Assembly: GCF_000007185.1 (NCBI RefSeq)
Contig: NC_003551.1
Coordinates: forward strand, 1,470,001 to 1,502,000
Direction of reading: 5' to 3'
Source of the DNA: Methanopyrus kandleri AV19
Lineage (GTDB): Archaea; JAADCQ01; Methanopyri; Methanopyrales; Methanopyraceae
DNA length: 32,000 nucleotides
The position numbers and the translations under genes were made by a program. Under the pieces are notes generated by a model that worked only from the letters and a program-made list of their open reading frames with translations, was not told the DNA's origin and did no database searches. This document shows, piece by piece, positions 19,029 through 28,105 of this stretch (position 1 is the stretch's first letter; each line of letters begins with the position of its first letter).

Positions 19029-20084
19029 GTGCGACGGATGTTCCTAGTGAAAACGCAACGAAACCTGGAGGATGTAGCGGCAGCGATGATCGAGGAGGAA
19101 ACCGGGGCCGAGGCCAAGCCACGGCCCTTCGGTTACCTCGGTCTAGTGATCGTTACGGGACATGTTACCAAGGATGAACTCGAGAAGATCCCGGAGGTAG
19201 AGCGGGCCATACCGGTGGAAGCCGAGTGCCGCGCGGATCCGAAGGAGATCGCCGAAACCGCGGCCGAACTGGCGGAGACCAAAATTTCGGAGGACGAGAC
19301 CTTCGCGGTTAGGACGATCCGAAGGGGCGAACACGATTTCACCAGCGTCGACGTGAACGTTGAGGCCGGCGACGCCGTCCGGAAGGCCACCGGTGCCTCC
19401 GTGGACCTCGACGATCCCGACAAGATAGTGTGGGTCGAGATACTCAGAGACCGGGCGTACCTAGCGGTCTTACCCGGCGAGGAGGAGTGGAAGAAGCTAC
19501 CTCCAGGAAAACCCGAAGCCGATCCACTGCTCGCCAAACTCGAGTTAGCACAGATACCGTATCTCGGGGATCCACGGGCCGCCTACTCCATGGGTGAAAG
19601 GATCGGGCGGGCGGTTCAGGGGTTCGAATTGAAGTCGTACATCGTCACCCCTTACGAACCGGTGAACGCCGTGGAATTGCTGCACTTCTTACGGGGTCTA
19701 CGAGATGGCGTGAAGTCCAGGATGGACGTACAACGCGAGTCGTACGGGCGGGAGTTCCGGCGGACGGAGCTGCTACTCTACGACCTCTACCAGCTGATAC
19801 GGCTGAAGCGGGACGCCCTGATCATAGGGACGGATCCGAAGGGCGATCCGTACACGGAGATCCGGAAGACACTGGGCGAAGCACTCCGGGAGGCGGACGA
19901 GGTGGTCGTGCTGGCGGGATCGCGGGTGGGATTACCTAGGGGAGTGCTGAGAGCGTGTGACTTCGTCGTAGACCTGTGTCCGGGAGTGACGTTCGCGACG
20001 GAACACGTCGTACCCTCCGTCGTGACGGCGCTGGTGGACTCGTACCTGGAGGCCGAAGGGAGCGAAGATCGAGAAGGACGTTGA
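19029..20084 (+). CDS. THUMP-domain protein fused to a SPOUT-like (alpha/beta-knot) C-terminal domain; putative RNA methyltransferase
   Basis: 351 aa. FAVRTIRRGEHDFTSVDVNVEAGDAVRKATGASVDLDDPDKIVWVEILRDRAYLAV is THUMP-like. The C-terminus VVVLAGSRVGLPRGVLRACDFVVDLCPGVTFATEHVVPSVVTAL resembles the SPOUT knot region. ATG 19038 is an alternative start. Confidence 0.5.
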   Translation: MRRMFLVKTQRNLEDVAAAMIEEETGAEAKPRPFGYLGLVIVTGHVTKDELEKIPEVERAIPVEAECRADPKEIAETAAELAETKISEDETFAVRTIRRGEHDFTSVDVNVEAGDAVRKATGASVDLDDPDKIVWVEILRDRAYLAVLPGEEEWKKLPPGKPEADPLLAKLELAQIPYLGDPRAAYSMGERIGRAVQGFELKSYIVTPYEPVNAVELLHFLRGLRDGVKSRMDVQRESYGREFRRTELLLYDLYQLIRLKRDALIIGTDPKGDPYTEIRKTLGEALREADEVVVLAGSRVGLPRGVLRACDFVVDLCPGVTFATEHVVPSVVTALVDSYLEAEGSEDREGR

Positions 20085-20408
20085 ACGCACATCTCTGAAC
20101 GATACCGAGTTCGATAATAAGCGATCATACAGAATGCGCACAGTAGGTAGGATTCGATCTGAAGACACCAACTTATCGTTGGATACGTGGAACCGTAACG
20201 TCTTAACCTCAAGGTCGTCTCCTACTCATCGCACCCACGGGGAAACGTCCGACGGCGTATTCGGGACAGCCGCTCGAACATCGATCCGCTTCTCCTTCGG
20301 ACCCCCGTCACTCGCCAGGAGCCCAGTTCGATACGATAGCCCTCCTTTCAACGGTGAGCCTCCGACGGACCGAGAAACCGCGGGGGTTCAGCGTGCCGTG
20401 TACCCGCT

Positions 20409-21233
20409 GTGACGCGCGTGAACCGTACAGGCGGTTCACCGGGGGCGTTGCCGTTGGAGGTTGTAGGTGTGGTGCACTTACCGCCGCTGCCAGGGTCTCC
20501 GCGGGCCAAGTCTATCGAGGAGGTAGTTGAGCGAGCCCGCCGGGATGCAGCGCGGCTCGAAGACGGTGGTGTCGACGCAGTTCTAGTTGAGAACTTCGGG
20601 GACACCCCTTACTACCCCGATGACGTGCCCAAGATCACCGTGGCCTGCATGACCAGGGCGGTGGCTGAAGTCGTCGATACCGTGAGCGTCCCCGTCGGCG
20701 TGAACGTGCTACGCAATGACGGTGTAGCGGCCGTCGACGTGTGCGCTGCGACCGGCGCCTCCTTTATCCGCGTTAATGCGTACGTGGAGGCCGTCGCTAC
20801 AGATCAGGGCGTCCTCCAGCCCGTTGCGCACATGGTCTGGCGCGAGATCGACCGCCTAGGAGTGGACGTCGAGGTATACGCTGATATCAGAGTGAAGCAC
20901 GGACGACCTCTGGACGACAGACCCGTCGAAGAGGTCGCACGGGACGCTGTGGAGCGAGGACTAGCCGACGCTGTGATCGTCACGGGCTCCGCCACCGGGT
21001 CCCCTCCGCGGCCTGAAGAGGTGCGCAAGGTTGCCAGGGTCGTCGATCGAGTTCTGGTGGGTAGTGGCGTGACTCCGGAAAACGCTCACGTTTTCCTCCG
21101 AGCCGGGGCGGCGGGTTTCATAGTGGGGACATACTTCAAGAAGAACGGGATCACCGAGAACCCGGTGGACGTGGACCGCGTACGTGAGCTGGTGCGGTTC
21201 ATCCGACGCTCAGGGGTAGAACGCTGGCCTTGA
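20409..21233 (+). CDS. BtpA/SgcQ-family TIM-barrel protein
   Basis: VVGVVHLPPLPGSPRA...GGVDAVLVENFGDTPY...GVNVLRND is the BtpA family signature. The true start may be TTG 20448 or 20454, because an 8-bp perfect hairpin occupies 20418-20439. Confidence 0.75.
   Translation: MTRVNRTGGSPGALPLEVVGVVHLPPLPGSPRAKSIEEVVERARRDAARLEDGGVDAVLVENFGDTPYYPDDVPKITVACMTRAVAEVVDTVSVPVGVNVLRNDGVAAVDVCAATGASFIRVNAYVEAVATDQGVLQPVAHMVWREIDRLGVDVEVYADIRVKHGRPLDDRPVEEVARDAVERGLADAVIVTGSATGSPPRPEEVRKVARVVDRVLVGSGVTPENAHVFLRAGAAGFIVGTYFKKNGITENPVDVDRVRELVRFIRRSGVERWP
20418..20439 (+). other. Perfect 8-bp hairpin GTGAACCG-tacagg-CGGTTCAC at the nominal 5' end of the BtpA-like ORF
   Basis: Read directly from the sequence. 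It is followed by GGGGG and TTG codons that would give a more typical BtpA N-terminus. Confidence 0.4.
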
Positions 21234-21904
21234 TACAGAAGAGGCTGAACCGTAGGGAGCTCGAATGGGTGAGGAAGAGAGTGGCGCGAGAGGCGGCCAG
21301 ACTCCTCTACGAGGGTGCCGTCGACGAGTATATCGACGCGAAGAGACTGGCCGCCAGGCGCCTAGGTGTCGATGTGATGCCGTCCAACCGTGAGGTCGCA
21401 ATCGAACTCGACCGCATCGGGGACGAGCTAGAAGGCGAAGAGAAGCTGCACCGGTTGAAGAGGCTAAGGGAGGAGGCGCTCAAAGTGATGGAGGCCATCG
21501 AGGACCTGGAGCCGCGGCTGATCGGAAGCGTGTGGCGCGGGAACATCAAACGGGAAAGTGACATCGATATCGCGGTTCTGGGGACGACGGACCCCGAGGA
21601 AGTCATCGAGCGCTTGAAGGAGGCCGGGATCGAGGTATTGGACGTGGAGGAAGTGGTGATCACGGAGCGCGGTGGGAAACCCCTGGACATTCCGGAACAC
21701 TACGTCAACATCAAAGTTAGGACACCGGGCGGCGAGAAGGCCGAGATCGGCGTCACCGTCAGCAGTCCGGAGCTGGAACGTAAGGGGCGTGTAGACCTCG
21801 GGAGGTGCGATTTCTTCGGAGACAAAATCACGGGATTGAGCGTAGAAGAACTACGGAAACTGCTTCGAGAGGACCCTTACCGGAAGTTCATACCCCGGGG
21901 CTGA
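21230..21904 (+). CDS. Pol-beta-superfamily nucleotidyltransferase-domain protein
   Basis: 224 aa with a TTG start. LIGSVWRGNIKRESDIDIAVLG fits the hG[GS]x9-13D-h-D-h minimal NTase motif. Substrate is unknown. Confidence 0.6.
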   Translation: MIQKRLNRRELEWVRKRVAREAARLLYEGAVDEYIDAKRLAARRLGVDVMPSNREVAIELDRIGDELEGEEKLHRLKRLREEALKVMEAIEDLEPRLIGSVWRGNIKRESDIDIAVLGTTDPEEVIERLKEAGIEVLDVEEVVITERGGKPLDIPEHYVNIKVRTPGGEKAEIGVTVSSPELERKGRVDLGRCDFFGDKITGLSVEELRKLLREDPYRKFIPRG

Positions 21905-22482
21905 TACCGAACGAGATCTACTTCCACTCCGATCGTGTCCAGTACCTTCTGAACGACGTAATCTACCAGGTCTTCGATAGTCGTCGGACCGTGGTAAAAA
22001 GCCGGACATGCCGGCAGTATCACGGCACCCTCCTCCCTCAACTTCAACGCGGCCTGTAAGGCGGACCTGGGCCACGGTGTTTCCCGGACTACGAACACCA
22101 ACGGACGACCTTCCTTCAGAGCGACTACCGCGGCGCGCTTGATCAGATCTCCGGCTACTCCGACGGCCACACTCGAAAGGGTGTGCAACGTGCATGGGCA
22201 CACGATGTACGCGTCGATCCGATACGTGCCGCTAGCCGGCGGTGCTGTGAGGTCCTTAGGGTCGTACCTCCGCACGTTCTCGGGGAGGTCAACCCCCTCC
22301 TGCTCCATGACGTATTCCGCGGATCTAGTGACTGAAATCTCTACGTCCACCCCCTCTTCATGCAGCACTTCGATGAGCCTTCTGGCATAAATCTGCCCAC
22401 TGGCTCCCGTAACCCCTATGAAGACTCGCAAACCCCTACCCCCGAGAACCGAGATGACGAGTGATGGGCGGACCGAGTACAC
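21877..22482 (-). CDS. ubiX: Flavin prenyltransferase UbiX/Pad1 family
   Basis: RVFIGVTGASGQIYARRLIEVL...ILPACPAFYHGPTTIEDLVDYVVQKVLDTIGV. The likely real start is TTG at 22431, preceded by GGGGGTAGGGG; the ORF maximum is GTG 22482. Confidence 0.8.
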   Translation of the reverse strand: MYSVRPSLVISVLGGRGLRVFIGVTGASGQIYARRLIEVLHEEGVDVEISVTRSAEYVMEQEGVDLPENVRRYDPKDLTAPPASGTYRIDAYIVCPCTLHTLSSVAVGVAGDLIKRAAVVALKEGRPLVFVVRETPWPRSALQAALKLREEGAVILPACPAFYHGPTTIEDLVDYVVQKVLDTIGVEVDLVRYQPRGMNFR

Positions 22483-22500
22483 GACGCGATGACGAATCCT

Positions 22501-23112
22501 TTAAGTGCCGATCAACCCATGCGTTGCCTTGTACCTGGCGTACACTGCGGCGAAGTTAAACGCCGCGTGGATCGAGATCGCCGTCGAGTACCCTACGGCG
22601 AACCCGAGCCATCGTCGCCTCAATGACCCGTACAACAGTCCGAAGGAAGACGTCGCGATCACGTGAATGGGTAGTGACGTAAACGTTCGGACGAACCCCA
22701 CGATTATCGGGCCTAGAAGCCCGAATTTCAACCCTACCAGCGCGTAGAACACGTTCTCCATGGATCCGAACCCTAAGGCGGTAGTAGCCGCGACCGTAAC
22801 GGTTCCCACCGGGCGCCTACCACACTCTCGTACGACCTTCGCGGCCGTCCCTACGGTCGGTCCGATTACGGGAAACCTCGATGCCAATCGGAGAGCGCCG
22901 GCCAACACCCGCGGAACTACGAGGAACCCGAGTCCTTTGGATAGTTCTTCAACTATCGGGGCTACGACCACGGCCGCTATAACCAGCCGATAAGGGCCGC
23001 TTAGGCCCGACGTCAGGACTGTTTCTACCAGGAACGCTATCACCACGGAGATCGGGGCGTAGAGGAGCCCTAACAGGACCCCGGTCACCGCGATTACCGG
23101 AGTCAGGATCAA
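22501..23112 (-). CDS. CPBP (CAAX/Abi-type) intramembrane glutamic protease family membrane protein
   Basis: Polytopic protein. PIVEELSKGLGF (EExxK/R-like motif 1), LPIHVIATSSFGLLYG and ISIHAAFNF (His motifs). I start at TTG 23112 with a GGGGGA SD. The ORF extends to 23316, but that Arg/Pro-rich 68 aa overlaps the divergent gene and looks non-coding. Confidence 0.6.
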   Translation of the reverse strand: MILTPVIAVTGVLLGLLYAPISVVIAFLVETVLTSGLSGPYRLVIAAVVVAPIVEELSKGLGFLVVPRVLAGALRLASRFPVIGPTVGTAAKVVRECGRRPVGTVTVAATTALGFGSMENVFYALVGLKFGLLGPIIVGFVRTFTSLPIHVIATSSFGLLYGSLRRRWLGFAVGYSTAISIHAAFNFAAVYARYKATHGLIGT

Positions 23113-23234
23113 GCGTCTATCCCCCGGTGATGAGGAGAGGGCCTGGACGCCGACTGAGGGATGACGACAACGGCCGTCGCCGACCGTTTCTCTCTTAAGT
23201 CTTCGTAGGCCGACCCTTCCGGGGGATACCCCGC

Positions 23235-23510
23235 GTGTTCGTGGCGAAGTACCTGGGTTCGGCCCGTTACTCGGAGCTCGACGAAGAACTGAAGGACTTC
23301 GCACGGTTAAAGGCACACTTGGCCGGTGTGGACTTGAACAGGGACCCTGAACTGATGATATTCAACGTGGAGGGCACGAGCAGTTACTACATAGTGTTTC
23401 TCGAGGAGGTAGAATCCGAAGAGGACGTCGAACGCCTGTTAAGGGAGGATATGGGGGCGGAGCTATCACGGGATTCGAAGGCGTCGGTGAGGAGAGTGCT
23501 GAACCGCTGA
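23235..23510 (+). CDS. Small acidic hypothetical protein
   Basis: 91 aa with a GTG start and a TCTTAAG TATA-like box about 40 nt upstream. Its composition resembles the neighbours (YYIVFLEEVESEEDVERLLRE). I recognise no family. Confidence 0.5.
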   Translation: MFVAKYLGSARYSELDEELKDFARLKAHLAGVDLNRDPELMIFNVEGTSSYYIVFLEEVESEEDVERLLREDMGAELSRDSKASVRRVLNR

Positions 23511-23539
23511 AGGCCCAATGGGTCGCCCTGAACGAGGTA

Positions 23540-24061
23540 GTGAGCGAGCTTCGAGCACGGGGAGAAGAGGTGCCGGGAGAAGTCCTCGAGAACTTGCGGA
23601 CGGCGCGAGTAATCCTCCATCATTACGAGTTCGACCCTCACACATCCGCCAGGACTCTGGGGAAGGCCCACAAGTACCTGGATAGGGCTCAGCGGGCGCT
23701 CGCCAGGATCTGTGAGTCCCATCCGGATCTACTGGATAAGTTGGTGGAGTGGCCGAAGCGCGTGAAGGAGCTGGCCGCGAGGTTCCGGGAGGACACCGCC
23801 CGCTCTAAGTTCGAGCCGATGCCCAATCGACCGGTTCCCAGGGCCGGTGACGGGTTCGCCCGTGTGAGGCTCCCGGAACCTATCGAAGTCGAGAGGCTTC
23901 AGGACGTGTGTGAGTTCGCGGGAGTGATAGTCGAGATGAAGGAGGTAGACGTAGTGGAGGTATTCGGGGACAGGGACCGCGTCGGGACGGCGCTCAAGGA
24001 ACTCAGAGAGCTGCCGGAATCTTGGAAGAAGATGCTCGAGAAACGCAAGAGCAATGAATAA
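23540..24061 (+). CDS. Hypothetical protein (helical N-terminal half, alpha/beta C-terminal half)
   Basis: 173 aa with a GTG start, 29 nt after the previous gene. No motif recognised. The antisense 307-aa ORF over it is judged spurious. Confidence 0.55.
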   Translation: MSELRARGEEVPGEVLENLRTARVILHHYEFDPHTSARTLGKAHKYLDRAQRALARICESHPDLLDKLVEWPKRVKELAARFREDTARSKFEPMPNRPVPRAGDGFARVRLPEPIEVERLQDVCEFAGVIVEMKEVDVVEVFGDRDRVGTALKELRELPESWKKMLEKRKSNE

Positions 24062-24112
24062 GTAAAGATCGACGGACGGTCCCGCTGATCGCACGACCGG
24101 GGTGATGCGCTC

Positions 24113-24733
24113 GTGATCGGTATCGCGACGGCTGACTTCCACGGGGACGTGGAGAAGGCGGAGCAGGTCGCGGAAAAGGCCGCCGACGAGGATGCCGACG
24201 TTATTTTCGTAGCGGGAGACGTGTCCGACTTCAACTTGGAGGATCCCGCACAGGTAGCTGAGGAGATCGTGGATGTGCTGAAGGAGCACGGCCAGGAGAT
24301 CATGGCCGTGCCCGGTAACTGCGACACTCCGGAAGTCGTCAGAGTCCTCGATACCAGCGGGGTCTCGGTACACCTGAAGGTCAAACACATCGGTCGCTAC
24401 GACGTGGTCGGGATGGGTGGGTCCAACCCGACGCCGTTCGATACGCCGCTGGAGTTCGAGGAAGACGTCATCGAGTCGAGGCTCAGGGAACTCATGAACT
24501 CGACCGATGAGCCGGTGATACTTCTGACGCACGCACCCCCGAAGGATACGGCGGTGGACAAGGTCGAGGCCGGTGACCACGTGGGCAGTGAGGCGATCCG
24601 AAAGATCGTGGAGGAGTTCCAGCCCAAGCTTCACATCTGCGCGCACATCCACGAGGCGGCGGGCGAGGACGAGCTCGGTAACACCCGGGTGATCAACCCC
24701 GGCCCGGGCGGTACGGTGGTAGTCGAGCTGTGA
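24113..24733 (+). CDS. Calcineurin-like metallophosphoesterase
   Basis: 206 aa with a GTG start. ADFHGD, VAGDVSD, PGNCD, LLTHAPP and CAHIHEAAG give the ordered DxH / GD / GNH(D) / H / GH phosphoesterase motif set. Confidence 0.8.
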   Translation: MIGIATADFHGDVEKAEQVAEKAADEDADVIFVAGDVSDFNLEDPAQVAEEIVDVLKEHGQEIMAVPGNCDTPEVVRVLDTSGVSVHLKVKHIGRYDVVGMGGSNPTPFDTPLEFEEDVIESRLRELMNSTDEPVILLTHAPPKDTAVDKVEAGDHVGSEAIRKIVEEFQPKLHICAHIHEAAGEDELGNTRVINPGPGGTVVVEL

Positions 24734-25332
24734 AGGTCAACCCGAAATTTCCTTGGGAACGAGAGGTGATCGAATTCGTCCGGACGGAGATGTCCGAGGT
24801 TTCACCTTCCCACGACTTCGAACACGTGAAGCGCGTAGTGGGGCTCTGCGAGTTCATCAGGCGCAAGGAAGGAGGAGATCCGGAGATACTCCGCGCGGCC
24901 GCCTGGTTACACGATATTGGAAGGCCGGCGGAGGAGCGATCGGGTGAAGACCACGCGGAGGTCAGCGCCGAAATAGCGGAAGATCTCCTCCCCCGCGTGG
25001 GATTTCCCTCGGACAAGCTAGGGGAGGTAACACACGCGATCCGAGCTCATCGCTTCTCCACGGGACCCGAGCCGCAGACTTTAGAAGCCAAGATACTTCA
25101 GGACGCGGACAACCTCGACGCCCTGGGAGCCATGGGGATAGCCCGATGTTTCTGCGCGGTCGGAGAGCGGGGGACATCGCTGGAATCCGGTGTGGAGCAC
25201 TTCCACGAAAAGCTACTCCGATTACCGGAGTTGATGCACACTGAAACGGCCCGCCGATTGGCGGAGGAGAGAAGGCGAAGGATGGTACTGTTTCTGGAGT
25301 GGCTGGAGAAGGAGTGGCGGATGAGGAGTTAG
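24730..25332 (+). CDS. HD-domain phosphohydrolase
   Basis: 200 aa. Its GTG start overlaps the previous stop (GTGA). HDFEHVKRV...AAWLHDIGR...DADNLDALG are HD superfamily motifs. Confidence 0.8.
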   Translation: MKVNPKFPWEREVIEFVRTEMSEVSPSHDFEHVKRVVGLCEFIRRKEGGDPEILRAAAWLHDIGRPAEERSGEDHAEVSAEIAEDLLPRVGFPSDKLGEVTHAIRAHRFSTGPEPQTLEAKILQDADNLDALGAMGIARCFCAVGERGTSLESGVEHFHEKLLRLPELMHTETARRLAEERRRRMVLFLEWLEKEWRMRS

Positions 25333-25386
25333 GGGTCGGCCGACGGGAGGATGGGGATGACGGGGTTTACCCGACGCCTCCGCGAC

Positions 25387-25395
25387 TTTTTTAAG
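25387..25395 (+). promoter_or_regulatory. TTTTTTAAG element: candidate terminator of the HD-hydrolase gene and TATA box of the S13-S4-S11-rpoD operon
   Basis: The only AT-rich element in the 94-bp gap, about 32-40 nt upstream of the S13 GTG. It is preceded by GC-rich hairpins (GTCGGCCGAC; GGAGG...CCTCC). Confidence 0.5.
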
Positions 25396-25426
25396 ACTAT
25401 CGAATCCGGCGTCCGGGGGTGTTCTC

Positions 25427-25882
25427 GTGGCGGACGACGAGGTGAAACCAATCGTCCGGATAGCCGATGTCGACCTTGACGGGCATAAAAAGGTCCCGTA
25501 CGCGCTCACCGGAATCAAAGGTATCGGGATCCGGATGGCCTACGCGATCTGCCGGGAGCTAGGCCTCGACGAGGAGAAGAAGCTCGGAGAGCTCTCCGAC
25601 GAGGAGATCGAGCGCATCGAGGAGGAGATCAAGAAGCTATCGGAAGGAGAGTCCAACATCCCCTCCTGGATGTACAACCGCCAGAAGGACTACGAAACGG
25701 GCGAAGATATGCACTTGGTCGGCGCGGAACTCGAGATGACGGTGAAGCAAGACATCGATCGGTTGAAGAAGATCCGCGCCTACCGTGGTATACGCCACGA
25801 GCTGGGACTCCCGGTCCGCGGTCAGCGTACGAAGTCCTCGTTCCGCCGCGGTAGGACCGTGGGTGTGAAGAAGAAGCAGTAG
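25427..25882 (+). CDS. rps13: 30S ribosomal protein S13 (uS13)
   Basis: 151 aa. [28 protein letters not shown]...[18 protein letters not shown]. Confidence 0.95.
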   Translation: MADDEVKPIVRIADVDLDGHKKVPYALTGIKGIGIRMAYAICRELGLDEEKKLGELSDEEIERIEEEIKKLSEGESNIPSWMYNRQKDYETGEDMHLVGAELEMTVKQDIDRLKKIRAYRGIRHELGLPVRGQRTKSSFRRGRTVGVKKKQ

Positions 25883-25895
25883 GGGGTAAAACAGG

Positions 25896-26456
25896 ATGGG
25901 TGACCCCAAGAGGCCCCGTAAGAAGTACGAGACTCCCAGACATCCGTGGGAAGCCGAGCGACTGGAGTACGAGCGGAAGCTGATGCGCAAGTACGGACTG
26001 CGGCGTAAGAAGGAGCTATGGCGCCACCAGACGCAGCTCAAGCGGTGGCGTGAGAGAGCCAAAGAGCTCATGGCGAGGACGGACCCCGAAGCGCAGCGTG
26101 AGCGGGAAGCCCTCTTCCGTAAGCTGTACGATCTGGGTATCTTGGACAAGAAGCCCGAGGAAGCCACACTGGACGACATCCTCAGGCTGACCGTAGAGGA
26201 CGTTTTAGAGCGTCGTCTTCAGACGATCGTGTACCGAAAGGGCCTCGCCAAGACCCCGCTGCAGGCCAGGCAGCTCGTTGTGCACCGTCATATCGCGATA
26301 GGTGACCGGATCGTTACCGTCCCGAGCTACTTAGTGTCTCGCGAGGAGGAAGAGGAAGTAGACTACTCCCCGTACTCCCCGCTCAAGGATGAGGACCACC
26401 CGATCAGGTGCGAGGCACGAGGTGAGTCACCAGAAGAAACCGCGGCTGAGGAGTAA
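25896..26456 (+). CDS. rps4: 30S ribosomal protein S4 (uS4)
   Basis: 186 aa. [17 protein letters not shown]...[28 protein letters not shown] (S4 domain). Confidence 0.95.
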   Translation: MGDPKRPRKKYETPRHPWEAERLEYERKLMRKYGLRRKKELWRHQTQLKRWRERAKELMARTDPEAQREREALFRKLYDLGILDKKPEEATLDDILRLTVEDVLERRLQTIVYRKGLAKTPLQARQLVVHRHIAIGDRIVTVPSYLVSREEEEEVDYSPYSPLKDEDHPIRCEARGESPEETAAEE

Positions 26457-26473
26457 AATTCGGGGGTTGACGA

Positions 26474-26887
26474 ATGGCCGAGAAGGAGGGTAAGAAGGAG
26501 AAGAAAGAGCGGTGGGGAATCGCCCACATCTACGCCTCCTTCAACAACACGATCATCACGATCACCGACCTTACGGGTGCCGAGACGTTCGCCCGCTGGT
26601 CCGGAGGTATGGTCGTCGACGCGGACCGAGAGGAGAGCTCACCGTACGCCGCCATGAAGGCCGCCAGGCGCGCCGCCGAGGAAGCCATGGAGAAGGGTAT
26701 CACCGCGGTCCACGTGAAGGTGCGCGCACCCGGTGGTCACGGTCCTAAGACGCCCGGACCGGGCGCCCAGGCTGCCATCCGAGCTCTAGCCCGTGCAGGC
26801 CTGAAGATCGGACGGATCGAGGACGTCACGCCGATCCCGCACGACGGTACCAGGAGGCCCGGAGGTAAGAGAGGACGCAGGGTATGA
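26474..26887 (+). CDS. rps11: 30S ribosomal protein S11 (uS11)
   Basis: 137 aa. [21 protein letters not shown]...[23 protein letters not shown]. Confidence 0.95.
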   Translation: MAEKEGKKEKKERWGIAHIYASFNNTIITITDLTGAETFARWSGGMVVDADREESSPYAAMKAARRAAEEAMEKGITAVHVKVRAPGGHGPKTPGPGAQAAIRALARAGLKIGRIEDVTPIPHDGTRRPGGKRGRRV

Positions 26888-27711
26888 GTCCCTTGCGCGT
26901 CCGTCTCTACGACTACCGGAAAGCCGACGTCGAGCGCGCCACGTTCATCATCGAGGAAACGTCCGCGGAGTTCGTCAATACTATCCGCCGCGCCCTTTAC
27001 ACACTCGTTCCCACCTTACGCATCGAGGAGGTCATCATCTACGAGAACGACACACCGATGTACGACGAAATGCTGGCCCATCGACTGGGACTGATACCGC
27101 TGCGTGTCGACGACATCGACCAGTTCGAGTTGCCCGACCTGTGCGACTGCGGTGGGAAAGGTTGCGAGAAGTGTCAGGTACGGGCGGAGCTCGAAGTAGA
27201 AGGGCCCACCAAAGTCTACGCTCGGGATCTGAAGTTCGATCATCCTGATGTGGAACCGGCCTTCCCTGATACGCTTATCACCGAGGTCGGGGAGGACCAA
27301 CGGATCAGGCTCGAAGTTATCGCCGTACCCGGTCTGGGCCTCGAACACGCGAAGTGGAAGCCGGTGAGCGCAGTCGGGTACAAAGGCCTCCCCGAGCTCG
27401 AGATCGACGAGGATAAACTCAAGGAAAAGAAGATCACGTACGAGTGTCCCCAGGGTATTATCAGGATCGAGAACGGCGAAGTAGTCCATATCGATGAGGA
27501 TCGTCTCCCCGAGTGTCGGATGTACAAGGAGTACGAGCGCGAGACCGATGGGGCCGTTCGTGTCCGTCTCCGTGATGACGCCTTCGTGTTCAACGTTGAG
27601 ACCGACGGCTCGATGTCGCTCGACACCGCGATCTTGAAAGCTCTCGACGCGATCGAGCACAAGCTCGAGTCTCTGAAGAAGAACTTGCAGAAGGAGGTGA
27701 GCGGAGAATGA
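26884..27711 (+). CDS. rpoD: DNA-directed RNA polymerase subunit D (Rpo3)
   Basis: 275 aa, ATGA overlap with S11. [21 protein letters not shown]...[12 protein letters not shown] and the Cys-rich insert [11 protein letters not shown]. Confidence 0.9.
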   Translation: MSPLRVRLYDYRKADVERATFIIEETSAEFVNTIRRALYTLVPTLRIEEVIIYENDTPMYDEMLAHRLGLIPLRVDDIDQFELPDLCDCGGKGCEKCQVRAELEVEGPTKVYARDLKFDHPDVEPAFPDTLITEVGEDQRIRLEVIAVPGLGLEHAKWKPVSAVGYKGLPELEIDEDKLKEKKITYECPQGIIRIENGEVVHIDEDRLPECRMYKEYERETDGAVRVRLRDDAFVFNVETDGSMSLDTAILKALDAIEHKLESLKKNLQKEVSGE

Positions 27712-28091
27712 CTTGGGCGCCCACCGGACCCACTAACGTGGAACTAAGGAAACTGATCCGTGACCTGAAGAAGGCGGCATGTGAGTACAACGCGCCAGTC
27801 TGGCGAGATGTGGCGGAACGCCTGTCCAGACCCAGGAGACAGCGAGCTGAAGTTAACGTCGGAAAGCTCGACGGACTAGCCCGCCGAGGTGTCATCCAGG
27901 AGGAAGAGACCGTTCTAGTACCGGGTAAGGTGTTGGGTGACGGAGTGATCACCCAGCCCCTACGAGTGGCCGCATGGAGATTCAGTAGGACCGCCAGGAT
28001 GAAGATCGAAGCCGCCGGCGGAGAATGTCTGACGATCCGTGAGCTACTCGAGGAGAACCCAGAGGGATCGTACATTCGGATCATCGAGTAA
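27708..28091 (+). CDS. rpl18e: 50S ribosomal protein L18e
   Basis: 127 aa, ATGA overlap with rpoD. GPTNVELRKLIRDLKKA...VNVGKL...VPGKVLGDG. Confidence 0.9.
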   Translation: MTWAPTGPTNVELRKLIRDLKKAACEYNAPVWRDVAERLSRPRRQRAEVNVGKLDGLARRGVIQEEETVLVPGKVLGDGVITQPLRVAAWRFSRTARMKIEAAGGECLTIRELLEENPEGSYIRIIE

Positions 28092-28105
28092 GGGGGAAAG
28101 GAAGC

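Noticed and set aside
20221-20400. RNase P-like GGGGAAACGTCCG (plus strand) and SRP helix-8-like GGGTCCGAAGGAGAAGCGG (minus strand).
   Set aside because: Each differs from the universal motifs: an inserted C in the GGAAAGUCC-like element, and a triloop with no AGCA in the SRP-like one. No complementary P4 or helix partner strands were found.
23127-23183. C/D-box sRNA-like arrangement: GTGATGA, 20 nt, CTGA, GGG, ATGACGA, 12 nt, CCGA.
   Set aside because: The first spacer is 20 nt, against the roughly 12 nt typical of archaeal C/D sRNAs. The terminal D box is degenerate (CCGA) and C' has a mismatch. The element also overlaps the SD and promoter space of two divergent genes, so it is probably coincidental.
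23113-23316. N-terminal 68 codons of the 271-aa minus-strand ORF (CPBP protease).
   Set aside because: The sequence is Arg/Pro/Gly/Ser-rich with no TM segment, and it overlaps the divergent 91-aa gene. An internal TTG at 23112 with a GGGGGA SD gives a protein starting directly at the first TM helix.
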